Positions 41,246-55,825 are shown, counted from the first letter of the stretch. The stretch is DNA of 64,000 nt from Eledone cirrhosa (GCA_964016885.1 OZ024740.1:170872001-170936000); one strand, 5' to 3'. Numbers and translations: made by a program. The notes: generated by a model from the letters alone, not told the origin.

Positions 41246-43303
41246 TATATACTTATGTATGTATGTGTACACTTTTTATTGGTATCCCAGAAAGGTAAAA
41301 GTTCAAAATACTCTGTATCTGTATTGAAACAGAATAACACAAAACATTTTGTTCATTGCTTTTGCGTTTCTACCAATAACTAGAAAAAGAAGCATCTGCA
41401 TTGTCACGCCACTTGCTAGATATATCAGTCACATTACATTAAATTATATCTTAACAGTCAACAAGAAATCTATCTATGACATTCTATCTTAAATTTTAAA
41501 TCAATTTATTATAACAGGAACATTTCTTTGATACAATAATGAGTAACTACATGAATGAATGACTACAAAAGTTATTAGAAAAACACTACAAATAATTAAA
41601 AACGGAAAAGGAAGCGAAAGGCAAGGGTTCTAGGGCCACAGAAGAATGGGAGGTTGAAAGGAGAGGGTGATGGGCTAAGGGCCTAGGATTATGACTATAC
41701 TGGATATATAGGATCATATACAGGTACAGCACCAATTTTTCGGCACCTTTCAGACCCGTACTAAGTTATAAGTTTTGCAGGACTAACATACTTCATATAA
41801 TAATTCTGCCACAACACGTCTTTTGTTTATTCCTTAAAAGCACATTTGTCAGCCTCGCCTCGATAATTGCTTCTATTGACAGTCAGAACTTACCGAGAGA
41901 CTGAAGAGGAGATGGGTACCACCACGCACTTCGAAGACCCACTGAAATTCCTCAATTAAAAAAACTGCGATATTTAGATATTTAGATGATTACAAATGAT
42001 GCACAGTCTTGCCTATGGTCACCAGGAAATTACTTTGGTAGGTATATAATGCCTGAAAAAAAACGGGATCATCAAAGATGGAACATTTTTACTGATTGAT
42101 CTTCTGAATCAGTGCTGATCTGAATTTATAAATGGTAACAACAAAATTCAGTTGTTAAAAATAAGATTGGGTAGTTAAGGTTACTCAAGTTTTAAGACAT
42201 TCGAACGTGTTATTGGTCAACAATAAATTAGTTTGTCGAATTAACAAAGGTGCCTTTACACAGTTACTTGATATACTAGAAATAGAAGCCAAATTTCTCT
42301 CAAATTGAGAGCGATTTTTCTGCTATATGAGATTTTAGAGTCACAAATCACTTCTGTGTAGTCTTTTAAAACAGCCCGAACACTGGATATTCTGGACTCT
42401 AGTATACACAAACAAAATGAAACAAAAAAAAAAAGAACAGGATAGTAATGATTGAAAAACCTTCGATCATAGGTCAGAACTGAGCTGGGGATAAACAGCA
42501 ACAAGTGTTTTGTTCGATTAGATGTTCTTAATGAAAGAATAGCAAATATGATGTCTGCTTCTCTGTAAGTGCGCAAAAACTTTCGATCAACTTTTCCGAT
42601 AACAGCGGAACTAGAAACAGCTTGATAGTGATAGAAATAGAATGCTGTGGTGACGAGAAGAAATAGACCATTCCAACGCTGGCCACTATGGTCTTGGAAC
42701 CGCTAAAATAGAAACTTATTTCTACCAGCAACGTCTGGCAGTTATAAAAATACCCATATTTTTCGCCATTATTTATAAGAACAACGGGAAATCTAGACGA
42801 AAAAAATATATATGTAAGTAAAGAACAAAAGAGAAGGAAAGAAAAAAAAAGAAGACCTATATATGAATATCATAAAAGTGCTGAGTGTAAACACCTGCGA
42901 GACCTTCGTCATCGTCATCATCATCATCATCATCATCTTCATCATTACCAATAATGAAAATATTATAATTGTTGTTGTTTTATTATTATTACTATTATAT
43001 TGCAGTTATGTTTCGACAATAGAATGTTCTAAAAAAAGAACGTTTTATGTTTAATAAACTATCAAAGATTCCATTTGTCTTTCTCCATATTCTACGTCAT
43101 TATTTTCTTGCTTATTTGTACCTTCCTATTTCTTTTTCTTATTTACTTTTCATTCTCTATTTTCCTTTTTTCCTTCCTTTCATTCGTTCCTTCATTCATC
43201 TATTCATTGGTTCATTTCATTTCGTTTCGTTTCATTTATGATTCTGTGTTTTATACGATATAAACATTCAAGTTTTCTAATTGTTTACATATACATATAT
43301 ATG

Positions 43304-43406
<103 letters not shown>

Positions 43407-44138
43407 GTGTGTATGTATGTATGAGATAAGTGCCAGGATTATTGTGAGGAGAGAAGGTTAATTGAATCGATTCAATACGTAGAAAAAGCTTTCGATCGCT
43501 TCAGTAGAAATTGTTAATCAACGAAATTTACTAATAGTTTTCTATTTCTTTTGTAAGGTCTGACAAATCTTAGTGCAATACGTCAAAGACATATACTCTA
43601 ACAAACCATTAAGACATCGTTTATTCACATATTCCAGTGTGTATGTATAGATGGAGAGTCAGATAGGAATAGGAAGGAATTCACTGTATCGTATCTTGTG
43701 AGTCTTTTGTTAGGGCCTCAAGTCAACACAGTAATGTAACAAGAGCTCTCACACCCGGGGGCAAAGATACTGTTGATGTTTCTACTTGAATTAATTGGCA
43801 TAATAGGCCAGAGGAATTTGTGCACCCCTCATACGTGCACCCTGAGGTGACTGCCCCTCTTCTGCTTTTGTTACGGCTCTTGTTCGACACAAGCTTTGTG
43901 GGTGATATTTAGTCGATGGAAACTGTGGAAGCACATTGGATGAACTGCAGCTGTACTTACAGAGTTGCACCTTGTTACACAGAGAATTGTATTAAAGGTG
44001 CACGTGTCTGCGGTATAGTCAATTACTGAGCATGTTAATTTATTGAATAGATTAATCGAGAAATTTGATATTCATACGTCGTTCGCGGCAGTGATTTCTC
44101 TCAATATCTTCTACACCATCTCTTTCTATATATCTATC

Positions 44139-44243
<105 letters not shown>

Positions 44244-44323
44244 AATGATCTCCTACTACTCCCTTGATATTTTACAACCATTAGTACTTATGTAACCAAT
44301 ACACTACTTGCATGAGCATTCTG

Positions 44324-44359
44324 ATTCTGAAGATGGAACCGTAATTTTGAAACGTTAAT
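44324..44359 (+). ncRNA. Minimal hammerhead-like motif
   Basis: att-CTGAAGA-t-ggaa(ccgtaa)tttt-GAAA-cg-TT-aat; stems are weak. Confidence 0.45.
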
Positions 44360-44980
44360 ACACAAATGAGTTTTATCAAGTTTATCAAACTGTATTTGTC
44401 ATAACTAATATATACTTCATAGTTTCTAATTATAAATAATTATTAAACATTTAAATATCTTCATTAGTGTTCAGCTGTGAAGATTTTTTAAATCACATAT
44501 CTTATGAAAAGCAAGCTATAGCTTGTTCTGTCTGACCGCTACAAATCAAATTAATCTATATTTCAAACTAAATTTACTATTTCAATTCTACTATTAAAGG
44601 CCCGTTTTGGTCATAACTGACCACAGATTTCCAGCTTAAAATACCTCTCCAAAGCACATATCTGAACATCGTGTTTTGTAAAGGACCAATCTCCCATTTC
44701 CCTTCCCCCGGTGGTATCCGAGGGGAAGGCAAAGGCCAACGAAGTTTGACACCAGTATAATCGTAATTTATTTCCTCTAACGGTATGGAATGGAAGATGG
44801 TGAAATAAAATGGCTTGATCTTGATCAAGGACAAAATGCGCTCTCCAATCCGAAAATCGAACTTATAACCTTATGATCATGAACTCAACACTCTAATCAC
44901 TAGTCCACCCACCATCACTGTCTATCAGCTATTATTCGTTGATTCGTTCCAACATCCCTCTCTTCACATTCCTCCCTTAG

Positions 44981-45083
<103 letters not shown>

Positions 45084-45220
45084 TTGTAGTAAGGTTGCTT
45101 GGATGCGTCCATAGGCGGTATGCCAGTTGAGCACTCTATGGTCCTTCGGAGCAGAGTATAATAATATGGAAAACGAAGAATCCTCTTCCTCAGAAAGAGG
45201 ATTTGCTTCGAAGTCACTAG

Positions 45221-45313
45221 ACGTATCTGAGGAACTTGCGAATCCAGAGTCAGGTTCGATCCACAAACAGATCGCTCGTCGAGCTTTTCGCCGGAGAAAC
45301 AATTGTAATACGT
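45221..45313 (+). ncRNA. Type I hammerhead with long branched stem II
   Basis: acgtat-CTGAGGA-..gcgaa..cgatc(cacaaaca)gatcg..ttcgc..-GAAA-caattg-TA-atacgt, inside a unit bounded by microsatellites (45080-45360). Confidence 0.75.
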
Positions 45314-45379
45314 AATAAATTGTGTTCCGATGCACCACTGATTCTTCGTATTCCATATATACACCTTTTACACACACAC

Positions 45380-45443
<64 letters not shown>

Positions 45444-45523
45444 GGTAAACAGAAATAACAACACAATCGGTACAGTATATGGAAGGTACATATTAGGTTA
45501 ACGCTTGATATAGCAGAAGAGGA

Positions 45524-45559
45524 TCTTAACGTTTCGGACGCTAGTCCTTCATCAGAAGA
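45524..45559 (-). ncRNA. Minimal type I hammerhead
   Basis: Minus: tctt-CTGATGA-a-ggac(tagc)gtcc-GAAA-cg-TT-aaga. Paralogue at 55280-55315. Confidence 0.8.
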
Positions 45560-45651
45560 AAGAATGAGAAATAAAATAGATTAAGGGGACGGGCGGGATG
45601 GAATTGGAAAACATGTCTTTAGATAAAATAATAGGTCCATTCATGTTGACA

Positions 45652-45688
<37 letters not shown>

Positions 45689-45884
45689 GAAAAAACGAGG
45701 TAGTTTTGTTTACATATGAAAAATCTTCATTGCGTATTGACCTGTTACGCGCGTTTCGCAGAGGATTGGTGACCCCATAGGGGTTATGGACGAATCTTCC
45801 TCGTTTTTTCTATTATGTACACTCTGCCTGTGCATAGAGTGCTTGATTTGGTACCATGCCAGTATTTCACCGTACTACCTACGC

Positions 45885-45960
<76 letters not shown>

Positions 45961-45970
<10 letters not shown>

Positions 45971-47545
45971 TTATAAGAATCAAAGTTCTGTTCGAATCAT
46001 TTATATGCTTACAATTGTTTCCTCCAAACCGAGATTTGGATTCTTCGGAGCAATTTATTAATGAATGAACACATATATGACCTCCTTTTCAACCCAAGAG
46101 ACATACAGATACATATGCAAACATTGTTGCTTGGTGGGTCGACATCCATTATATTATTTATAATATTTAGTGTGGCAGTATACATTTAGAGATTACATTC
46201 ATATTAAGAGAGGATAAAATCAAAAATTCAGGTTAAAATACAACATGAAATTAATGCGATAAGATAGTCATAAGCAGTTATTGAGTGCAATAGTTACACG
46301 TGTGGCAAGCACGTGTGTCTTGTTTATATAATGCTATAGTGCGGCAGAGTGTTACATGTAATAGAAGCACTTAAACGGGTGATCAAGAGTGTTAAGGGGG
46401 TTGAACTGGTAGTGAATCCTTTATATAAATGTTATAGAAGCCTGTGCGTGGAGAAATAATATAAACATTAAAAATATTGGAAATGCGTAGCAAAGCGATG
46501 ATATGGATTTCATGTACAGCACCATTTTCACAGTCCGGGGAGCGTATTATTCAGTTTATATACAACTCACATAATCCACGACGATTCGATATTGGGCGTT
46601 TGACGATTCTGTTAGAGTATCGTAGTTTGTTGGTCTTTAGCTCAATATAGCAGTTGTTAAGTTGCGAGAATCAACATCGCAACTTAACAACTGCTATATT
46701 GAGCTAAAGACCAACAAACTACGATACTCTAACAGAATCGTCAAACGCCCAATATCGAATCGTCGTGGGTTATGTGAGTTGCATATAAACTGAATAATAC
46801 GCTCCCCGGACTGTGAAAATGGTGCTGTACATGAAATCCATATCATCGCTTTGCTACGCATTTCCAATATTTTTAATGTTTATATTATTTCTCCACGCAC
46901 AGGCTTCTATAACATTTATATAAAGGATTCACTACCAGTTCAACCCCCTTAACACTCTTGATCACCCGTTTAAGTGCTTCTATTACATGTAACACTCTGC
47001 CGCAACTATAGCATTATATAAACAAGACACACGTGCTTGCCACACGTGTAACTATTGCACTCAATAACTGCTTATGACTATCCTATCGCATTAATTTCAT
47101 GTTGTATTTTAACCTGAATTTTTGATTTTATCCTCTTTTAATATGAATGTAATCTCTAAATGTATACTGCCACACTAAATATTATAAATAATATAATGGA
47201 TGTCGACCCACCAAGCAACAATGTTTGCATATGTATCTGTATGTCTCTTGGGTTGAAAAGGAGGTCATATATGTGTTCATTCATTAATAAATTGCTCCGA
47301 AGAATCCAAACCTCGGTTTGGAGGAAACAATTGTAAGCATATAAATGATTTGAACAGAACTTTGATTCTTATAACTTATATATAATTGCTCTGTAAATCA
47401 TCTGATGTTATTACATTGAGCTATTTAACTTACTGGTAATAAGGTAGTAATATATTACTGCCTATCACTATTTAGGCTTTGTAAAAATATATATAACTAC
47501 AAAAGGTTTTTGTATTTGCATAACCATAAATAGTATCCTTAATAA
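45961..47545. mobile_element. 1.4-kb palindrome (arms 45961-46667 and 46677-47384) of a decayed PLE 3' end, with hammerheads at 46006-46052 (minus) and 47293-47339 (plus)
   Basis: 9-nt spacer gaatcaaca. Motif tgct-CCGAAGA-a-tccaaacc(tc)ggtttgga-g-GAAA-caattg-TA-agca. The right arm runs on to (TA)n at about 47545. Confidence 0.85.
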
Positions 47546-47835
47546 TATATATATATATATATATATATAAACGGAAAAAATGAAACGATATTTCATTTCC
47601 CACTCTTAGTACGGCTGTTACTTAAATATAAGTATGTACACGTACATACATATATGTATACCGACGTACAGTAGTATGTATATATATATATACATACATG
47701 CACACATATATATATGCACGTATGGATTCACCGAACATTTATTATAATGCTCGGTGTGTTTGTAAACAAACATCCCGTATTAAGCCGTAGTGTCTAGCAA
47801 CCACCGTTGCTCGTTTGTTCAACACTGACAAAGGA

Positions 47836-47878
47836 ACGCTGTACTAGTTTCAAGCTTGTTAGCTATCGTCAGCAACGT
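47836..47878 (-). ncRNA. Type I hammerhead of the 422-bp unit (identical copies at 48258-48300, 48680-48722 and 49102-49144)
   Basis: Minus: acgttg-CTGACGA-t-agct(aaca)agct-t-GAAA-ctag-TA-cagcgt. Confidence 0.85.
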
Positions 47879-49335
47879 ATACCTTCCTGCCAGATTGTTG
47901 AACGTATATACTTACCTTATGCATATTAACGGCTGAGTAGCCCAATATGCATATCGAGTGGGTTAATCGGCCGGGTGCACCGAAAACGATAAACGGATAA
48001 AATGAAACGATATTTCATTTCCCACTCTTAGTACGGCTGTTACTTAAATATAAGTATGTACACGTACATACATATATGTATACCGACGTACAGTAGTATG
48101 TATATATATATATACATACATGCACACATATATATATGCACGTATGGATTCACCGAACATTTATTATAATGCTCGGTGTGTTTGTAAACAAACATCCCGT
48201 ATTAAGCCGTAGTGTCTAGCAACCACCGTTGCTCGTTTGTTCAACACTGACAAAGGAACGCTGTACTAGTTTCAAGCTTGTTAGCTATCGTCAGCAACGT
48301 ATACCTTCCTGCCAGATTGTTGAACGTATATACTTACCTTATGCATATTAACGGCTGAGTAGCCCAATATGCATATCGAGTGGGTTAATCGGCCGGGTGC
48401 ACCGAAAACGATAAACGGAAAAAATGAAACGATATTTCATTTCCCACTCTTAGTACGGCTGTTACTTAAATATAAGTATGTACACGTACATACATATATG
48501 TATACCGACGTACAGTAGTATGTATATATATATATACATACATGCACACATATATATATGCACGTATGGATTCACCGAACATTTATTATAATGCTCGGTG
48601 TGTTTGTAAACAAACATCCCGTATTAAGCCGTAGTGTCTAGCAACCACCGTTGCTCGTTTGTTCAACACTGACAAAGGAACGCTGTACTAGTTTCAAGCT
48701 TGTTAGCTATCGTCAGCAACGTATACCTTCCTGCCAGATTGTTGAACGTATATACTTACCTTATGCATATTAACGGCTGAGTAGCCCAATATGCATATCG
48801 AGTGGGTTAATCGGCCGGGTGCACCGAAAACGATAAACGGAAAAAATGAAACGATATTTCATTTCCCACTCTTAGTACGGCTGTTACTTAAATATAAGTA
48901 TGTACACGTACATACATATATGTATACCGACGTACAGTAGTATGTATATATATATATACATACATGCACACATATATATATGCACGTATGGATTCACCGA
49001 ACATTTATTATAATGCTCGGTGTGTTTGTAAACAAACATCCCGTATTAAGCCGTAGTGTCTAGCAACCACCGTTGCTCGTTTGTTCAACACTGACAAAGG
49101 AACGCTGTACTAGTTTCAAGCTTGTTAGCTATCGTCAGCAACGTATACCTTCCTGCCAGATTGTTGAACGTATATACTTACCTTATGCATATTAACGTTT
49201 ATCGTTTATCATTTTTTCCGTTTATCGTTTTCGGTGCACCCGGCCGATTAACCCACTCGATATGCATATTGGGCTACTCAGCCGTTAATATGCATAAGGT
49301 AAGTATATACGTTCAACAATCTGGCAGGAAGGTAT

Positions 49336-49378
49336 ACGTTGCTGACGATAGCTAACAAGCTTGAAACTAGTACAGCGT
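49336..49378 (+). ncRNA. Type I hammerhead of the inverted 422-bp unit (second copy at 49758-49800)
   Basis: acgttg-CTGACGA-tagctaacaagctt-GAAA-ctag-TA-cagcgt. Stem I extends through ctggcaggaagg/cctttgtcag. Confidence 0.85.
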
Positions 49379-50003
49379 TCCTTTGTCAGTGTTGAACAAA
49401 CGAGCAACGGTGGTTGCTAGACACTACGGCTTAATACGGGATGTTTGTTTACAAACACACCGAGCATTATAATAAATGTTCGGTGAATCCATACGTGCAT
49501 ATATATATGTGTGCATGTATGTATATATATATATACATACTACTGTACGTCGGTATACATATATGTATGTACGTGTACATACTTATATTTAAGTAACAGC
49601 CGTACTAAGAGTGGGAAATGAAATATCGTTTCATTTTTTCCGTTTATCGTTTTCGGTGCACCCGGCCGATTAACCCACTCGATATGCATATTGGGCTACT
49701 CAGCCGTTAATATGCATAAGGTAAGTATATACGTTCAACAATCTGGCAGGAAGGTATACGTTGCTGACGATAGCTAACAAGCTTGAAACTAGTACAGCGT
49801 TCCTTTGTCAGTGTTGAACAAACGAGCAACGGTGGTTGCTAGACACTACGGCTTAATACGGGATGTTTGTTTACAAACACACCGAGCATTATAATAAATG
49901 TTCGGTGAATCCATACGTGCATATATATATGTGTGCATGTATGTATATATATATATACATACTACTGTACGTCGGTATACATATATGTATGTACGTGTAC
50001 ATA

Positions 50004-50138
<135 letters not shown>

Positions 50139-50629
50139 GTGTGTGTACATATATATATATAAATGTGTGTGTACATATATATATATAATGTGAGGGCGTG
50201 CATGTGCTTATACGTTTGTACGCATATGTGTACACGTATATATGCATGTGTATATTTGTTAGTTTGCGTGTTGTGGAAACGACTATTTCCTTTTATATTA
50301 ACTACTCATCAGTGTTGTGTATCTCTGTCTTTCAAGTAACTGAAAGAAAGTAACGCAGAACTATTTATAGAAATGCGAACAATACCATGCCAGACATAAC
50401 AAAATTTATTTAATGGTACATGGTTGACGGCCATCGCAGCAGTACCTCACAAGACAATGTTGTTGAAACCATAGAAGAAAACAGGATAGAATTTAACGTT
50501 TTCAATAAACAATAACTACGTCTCTAAGGGGGGAATAATAACCACGTGTCTTCTATGTAGCCACTTGACATTGTAGGAAATGATCATGGCTGGAGTGCTT
50601 TTGATCATAGGACTCTTCTTTGAGATCTC

Positions 50630-53600
50630 ATATATACTACTTTATATAGCAGAGGTACCCAGGAAACTTGCATATTCTCTCAGAGTAACAATATGCAATA
50701 AAGTTGGGACTTCAGAAGTCCTTACAAACTATATGACTACGGAAGTAGGACCTTTGTGTATTGTCATTGAAGTAAGAATGATGATATTGCTTATTCCAAA
50801 GCCTCTGGATAAACAATATTCTTGGTCTTGCCCTGTAGTGCTATAATGAAGAGACAATCATAGTGTTTCCAACCCTTGTAGTACCAACAGAGCGACCATG
50901 TGAAAAAATAGGATCTGCCAGGTTCAACCCAATGAATTTCAATGATTTCCCCTGAGATTTATTGATGGTCAATGCAAAACTGAATCAGTTAGAAAATTGA
51001 AGCCTTTGAATTTCAAATGTCAAATCAGTTACTTTCAGAAGTATTCTGGGAATGAAACAATTGTCACCAGCAACTTTTCCTGACAGGATTGCAACTTCTA
51101 GGACATTAGGCATCCTACTTTTGATGATGAGTCTTGTGCCATTACAAAGTTTTGTAGGATCCAGATTACGATGTTGCATCACCAATGCTCCAAGCTTGAG
51201 TATCAGGTTATGCTAGTTCAAGATTGTTCAAAACTGCAGCAGGATAGTTTACAACCTGGTTCTTGGAAGTGATTGTGTCAACTGATTTGTAGTATCATTT
51301 CTCTCCTGGTAACATGTCCAGCGACTTTCTGTTGATTTCCTTAACAGCAACATGTTTCGGTGCTAATATTGCTCGTTCACAGAGCCATTAGGGATCATAT
51401 TGTCTGATTTGATTCTTTGGAAAGACTCTGGCAATCAGTTTTTGTTCTATTCCAATGATATGACCAAAGGACATTTCCCAATTTAAGTAGCTGGATGGTA
51501 AGTCAGGTACCATCGCATACTGGTTGTAAGGCTCAGTCACTGAAAGTGGTGCCAGAAATAGGATTTTTTCAGTTCGGTTCCTTCGGGGAATTGCAGGTAG
51601 AGTTTGTCTGAAATCACCAGCAAGAACTATTGTCACTCCTTCAATTATGCAATTATTGACTCTCAGATCCATTATTGTCCAGTCCAAAGCTTCAATTGCT
51701 CGTTCATGTCTCATGATGGCTTCATCCGAAATTTTTATCTTGGGTGAGTTCTTCTTGATATTGCAAAATGATGTTCATGCGGTGAGAGGTCTATGAGCAG
51801 CTTAAACATGGAGTGTGCTGTTCTTCCTCCATGCAGAAGGGTTGCAACAATGCCACGTGAAGCCACTAGCAAGGGCGATATGTTGTTTTGGGGGAACTTT
51901 TGCAGGTTTGGGGTTTATGAGGAATGTCGTACCTGTGCCAACAGTAGTATCGATGAAAAAAAGTCTTCCTCTATCATTTTGAATGTTTTCCATAATGTTC
52001 CGGTAGGCGTATTTCTGGTCAGCCACCAATCGAGGTTCATTTTCATCGACAGACTTACGCAATGCTTGAATATCGTTGTTTGTTTCCTCAAACATTTCTT
52101 GTACTACATAAAATTCTTCATCTGACTCTGATATCGCGCAATTAGCTAATATGTTATTCATTGCCTAAACTCGATGGTACAGGTCTCAGAGAGCTTGATT
52201 GTAAATCCTGGGCGTATGTTCTATATTTCATGATGTCATAAGGCTAGGTGTAGATAGTCGTCCGAGATACTGTTTCTGTACTCCTACTAGAGTAGATGAG
52301 TTTCGTCAATTCCCCATTCTGTGAGCATAATAGCAAATAATCGTCTTATTTGACTGGCTACTAGAGTGGCTGCTGCTTCTTCTAGGGTTTTCTTCCATGC
52401 GCTTTGTCAGGTAGGAGTCCATGCTTCTTGGTATGTTGTGCTCACCCTTCCCCGAAGCACCTGATATTCTCAAATTACGTTGGTCATCGAACAATATGCG
52501 GTAATAGTAGTAAATTAAAACACTCTGTTTTGGGGGTGGGCATTATAAACACACCCAATAGCATCACTTATCTTGAGTTCATGACCTTCCACTAAATAAC
52601 CCTGCTTCCTTCGATTACATTCTCACAGAGTTTTAAAAAAGCAGTTAGAGTAGTGTCAGGTGGTGCTTGTGCCAACTGATGAGCAGTGGTCTCAGCGAAA
52701 CACACTGAGTGAAAAACACTCTGTCCATTTTCCTGATTGAATGCTAGTTTCACCACTGTTGGATGGCCTTGGGGTATATCAAATCCAAAGATCCATCAGA
52801 TAGCTTTATTGCTGAACATGTATCGAACTGTCTGATTCTGTTTGACCTCATCCAGCCCTCCATCATTGAGTTCCTTGTCAGTAACAAAGATAGTCATGTC
52901 GCTGCCCTAGTTGATATATTTTGTGACATATAGTATTGCTCTGACAGTGCTGAAATACGCAACATTGATATGGGCTTTTAGAAGTTTGCACAACATTTTG
53001 TTTTGTGGGACAACGCTTCGATTTTCTATGGTCAGCTCCTCTCCTCGAACTGTTAGGTTTGAACTATTGCCTCCATGTTCTAGTTTACGCCTACGATAAA
53101 GGGGGTATACATCAATGTCAGTTCAAATTTCCTGAATAAAAGCTCTAGGGTAATGTCTGTTGCGATTTTATCTTTCATGCAGGGTGAGGCTGGATTGATG
53201 GCTCCACATGGACCATGGATGAGTTTGGTCTTGTTGGTTTCAAAGGGCTCTGGACCCGATCTTTATCAGGCAACTCTGCTGCATACCAGATTAGTGTATA
53301 AGAGTGAGAAAGACCTCTCTTCTGCCATTCAATGGTGGTCATCCAGGCATTAGGCTCACCAAAGATTCTTCCTTTTTTTAGGAGCAAGAGAGTTTTTTTG
53401 GAGGGTTTGTTTTTGCTATTCATGGAACACTCGAGCAATGGGGTCATGTCTATCCTTCGATTCTTGATTTTGACATAATTCATTTTATATTTTTGCCCAG
53501 TTTGAGTTGTATGTAAATATAATGAAGAGATCCGGCCGACCAAAGTTTCTAACATAGGCCATTCCATCTTGGGTATGTTCATGCATGTCACGTGATCCTC

Positions 53601-54826
53601 CTGTGAAGCTTGATAGCAGTATGTCTGGCTCGCCAATATTTCTTGGGTCACCATCAGAATTAATGGCATCTCTAAGTTAGATGTAGTTCTCTGCCATCAA
53701 TTTATTTTGATTTCTTCGCAAGAAACCCAATTTTGTTTCAATGTTGGCATACATGTCCATCACGAACTGGCTGGTCATTTCTTTGAAATTGCAGAACTTG
53801 GTTGAAGTGATCTCGTACCATAAAATGATAAACATAGAATTCTTTGCAGCTGATTGATCAACCAGTTTCTTGTCTTTTTCCCTCCGTAGCTGAAAATGAT
53901 ATCTACCTTGACCATTCAAAAAGATGAGCGGATATTGGGGTGAATTATAGGCCCTGCGAGTTTCACAAATTCACTCCAAATGTCCACTTTGTTTTTGCAA
54001 AACAATGTCACGTCGTTCATGCTGTTCATCAACCATCATGATTGCAGCTTCATCAGTGACAGGTGCATTGAATCTGCGTTCATGTTATGAAGCTGGGCGT
54101 TTGTCTGCCCTGATGATGATTTTAGGATCCCTTGTGTTGTTCTTGTGCTCCAATGTATATTTTAAATATACTGACGTACATGTGATGTTGGTGAAGCATT
54201 TCTTGTAACTACATGACTAAGTAAAACTGAAATCAACCGTGGACATTGGTATATCTTTGTTGTTCCTCTGTTTCATTTCAACCCAGGAGATAAACCTGTA
54301 CAGCGTGAGGCTCACGTGGAAGTGACAGAAAGCCACCCATTTTGTGGTAGGACTGTCCCTGTATTTTATAAATTGTCCAGAATTATAAAGTCAGTCACAT
54401 TCCGGTCAGCTCCAAAAGATGTCATTTGAAAGGCAGAATTATATCTGTGGGTGTATTTATTGAAGTGCCATGCCTCTGGTGTATCCTGGAGGAGTAGATT
54501 CTTCAGAAATTCAGGAGGCTCTTGTATTATTTTAAGATTGACTTTGCTTTTTGAGCAGCATCAGCCTAGTTTTTCTGTTGCCCACTTCTTGGCTCGACAA
54601 TGCTGGCAGCATTTGTTCATTTTTCCAATGTTGATTTGTGGATTGCTGCATCGGCCAGTTCGTATTACTTGGTGCTTGTGCTTCTGCTCGGGCAGTAGAA
54701 CGATGTACTAGATTAGCATTTCGTTTAATTTGCCACTATTGCTCAATTTGTTGTCCTCGTGTAGCTGAAGTCCTGATAGTCACTCTGTGTTGGAAATTTC
54801 TCAGTAACAACGGGCTGCTCTGCTAG

Positions 54827-54828
<2 letters not shown>
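50630..54828 (-). mobile_element. Decayed Helitron (HUH Rep plus PIF1-like helicase); the 3' boundary is approximate
   Basis: Frame-broken motifs: QFVMDMYANIETK, TIEWQKRGLSHSYTLIW, FFIDTTVGTGTTFLIN, VLAGDFRQTLPAIPR, RNLDPTKLCNGTRL, FSHG, NIVYPEALE* (stop 50792). The 5' end tactagcagagcagcccg abuts (TA)n. Confidence 0.92.
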
Positions 54829-54857
<29 letters not shown>

Positions 54858-55279
54858 ATGTATGTATACATATATGTCTGTGTGTCTCCCTCCCCCCCCC
54901 TCTCTCTCTCTCTTTGTAACATGTGTGAACCTCGAATTTCCGGCCTTACGAAGCACCGAGGATATAAATCCACAAAAAGATATAGGTAGCCCAGGAATTA
55001 ATTGCAATTACAGTCAAATACTATAAACTATCTTATAACATTAGGTAAAGACACTTAAAGGTGGGAAAATGTTGACAGCAGCCGCTACGAAGAATCGAAC
55101 TCTGTATCTCCCAGATACCGACTAGGTGCTCTCGCCATTGAGCAAAGGGTCCCCTTACAACATCTTGCTGTCTAAATTAAGGAGACTAATCAAAAGTTCC
55201 TGAAAATGTAAACAACAATGCAAACAATATAATTCAATGAAGAAACATTAGTTTAACGCTTGATATAGTAGGAAACGAA

Positions 55280-55315
55280 TTTTAACGTTTCGGACACTAG
55301 TCCTTCATCAGAAAA
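55280..55315 (-). ncRNA. Minimal type I hammerhead
   Basis: Minus: tttt-CTGATGA-a-ggac(tagt)gtcc-GAAA-cg-TT-aaaa. Confidence 0.8.
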
Positions 55316-55413
55316 CAGAATGAGAAATTGAAGATGAAATAGAAAGATAGTGAGTGAGAAGAGGACAGAATGATATAAAAAAAATTGAGGGGGAAAGTCA
55401 CGTGTGTATTCAG

Positions 55414-55444
<31 letters not shown>

Positions 55445-55731
55445 ATACATATATACGGTAAAACATTGATGTAATTCAATTCGAGAACTCAACGTGCATT
55501 TTCCACATAGGAATGAAGGAGTATTTTTAGAATAAGGAAATACAAAGTTTAAATAATTAAGTCCTCTCTTGATAAGGCCGTGATATATATTTCGATGACG
55601 AATCGCGTGGCCACTGTCGTCCTCGAAATATGTATCACGGTCTTATCGATAAAGGACTTTATCATCTAAACATTGTATTTCGTTATTCTCTCTATATATA
55701 TGTGTGTATATATTTATATGAGAGAGGGAGA

Positions 55732-55811
<80 letters not shown>

Positions 55812-55825
55812 CACACTCATATATA

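Noticed and set aside
55080-55150. tRNA gene-like sequence on the minus strand (similar B-box at about 61250)
   Set aside because: Cloverleaf is incomplete; more likely SINE heads or pseudogenes.
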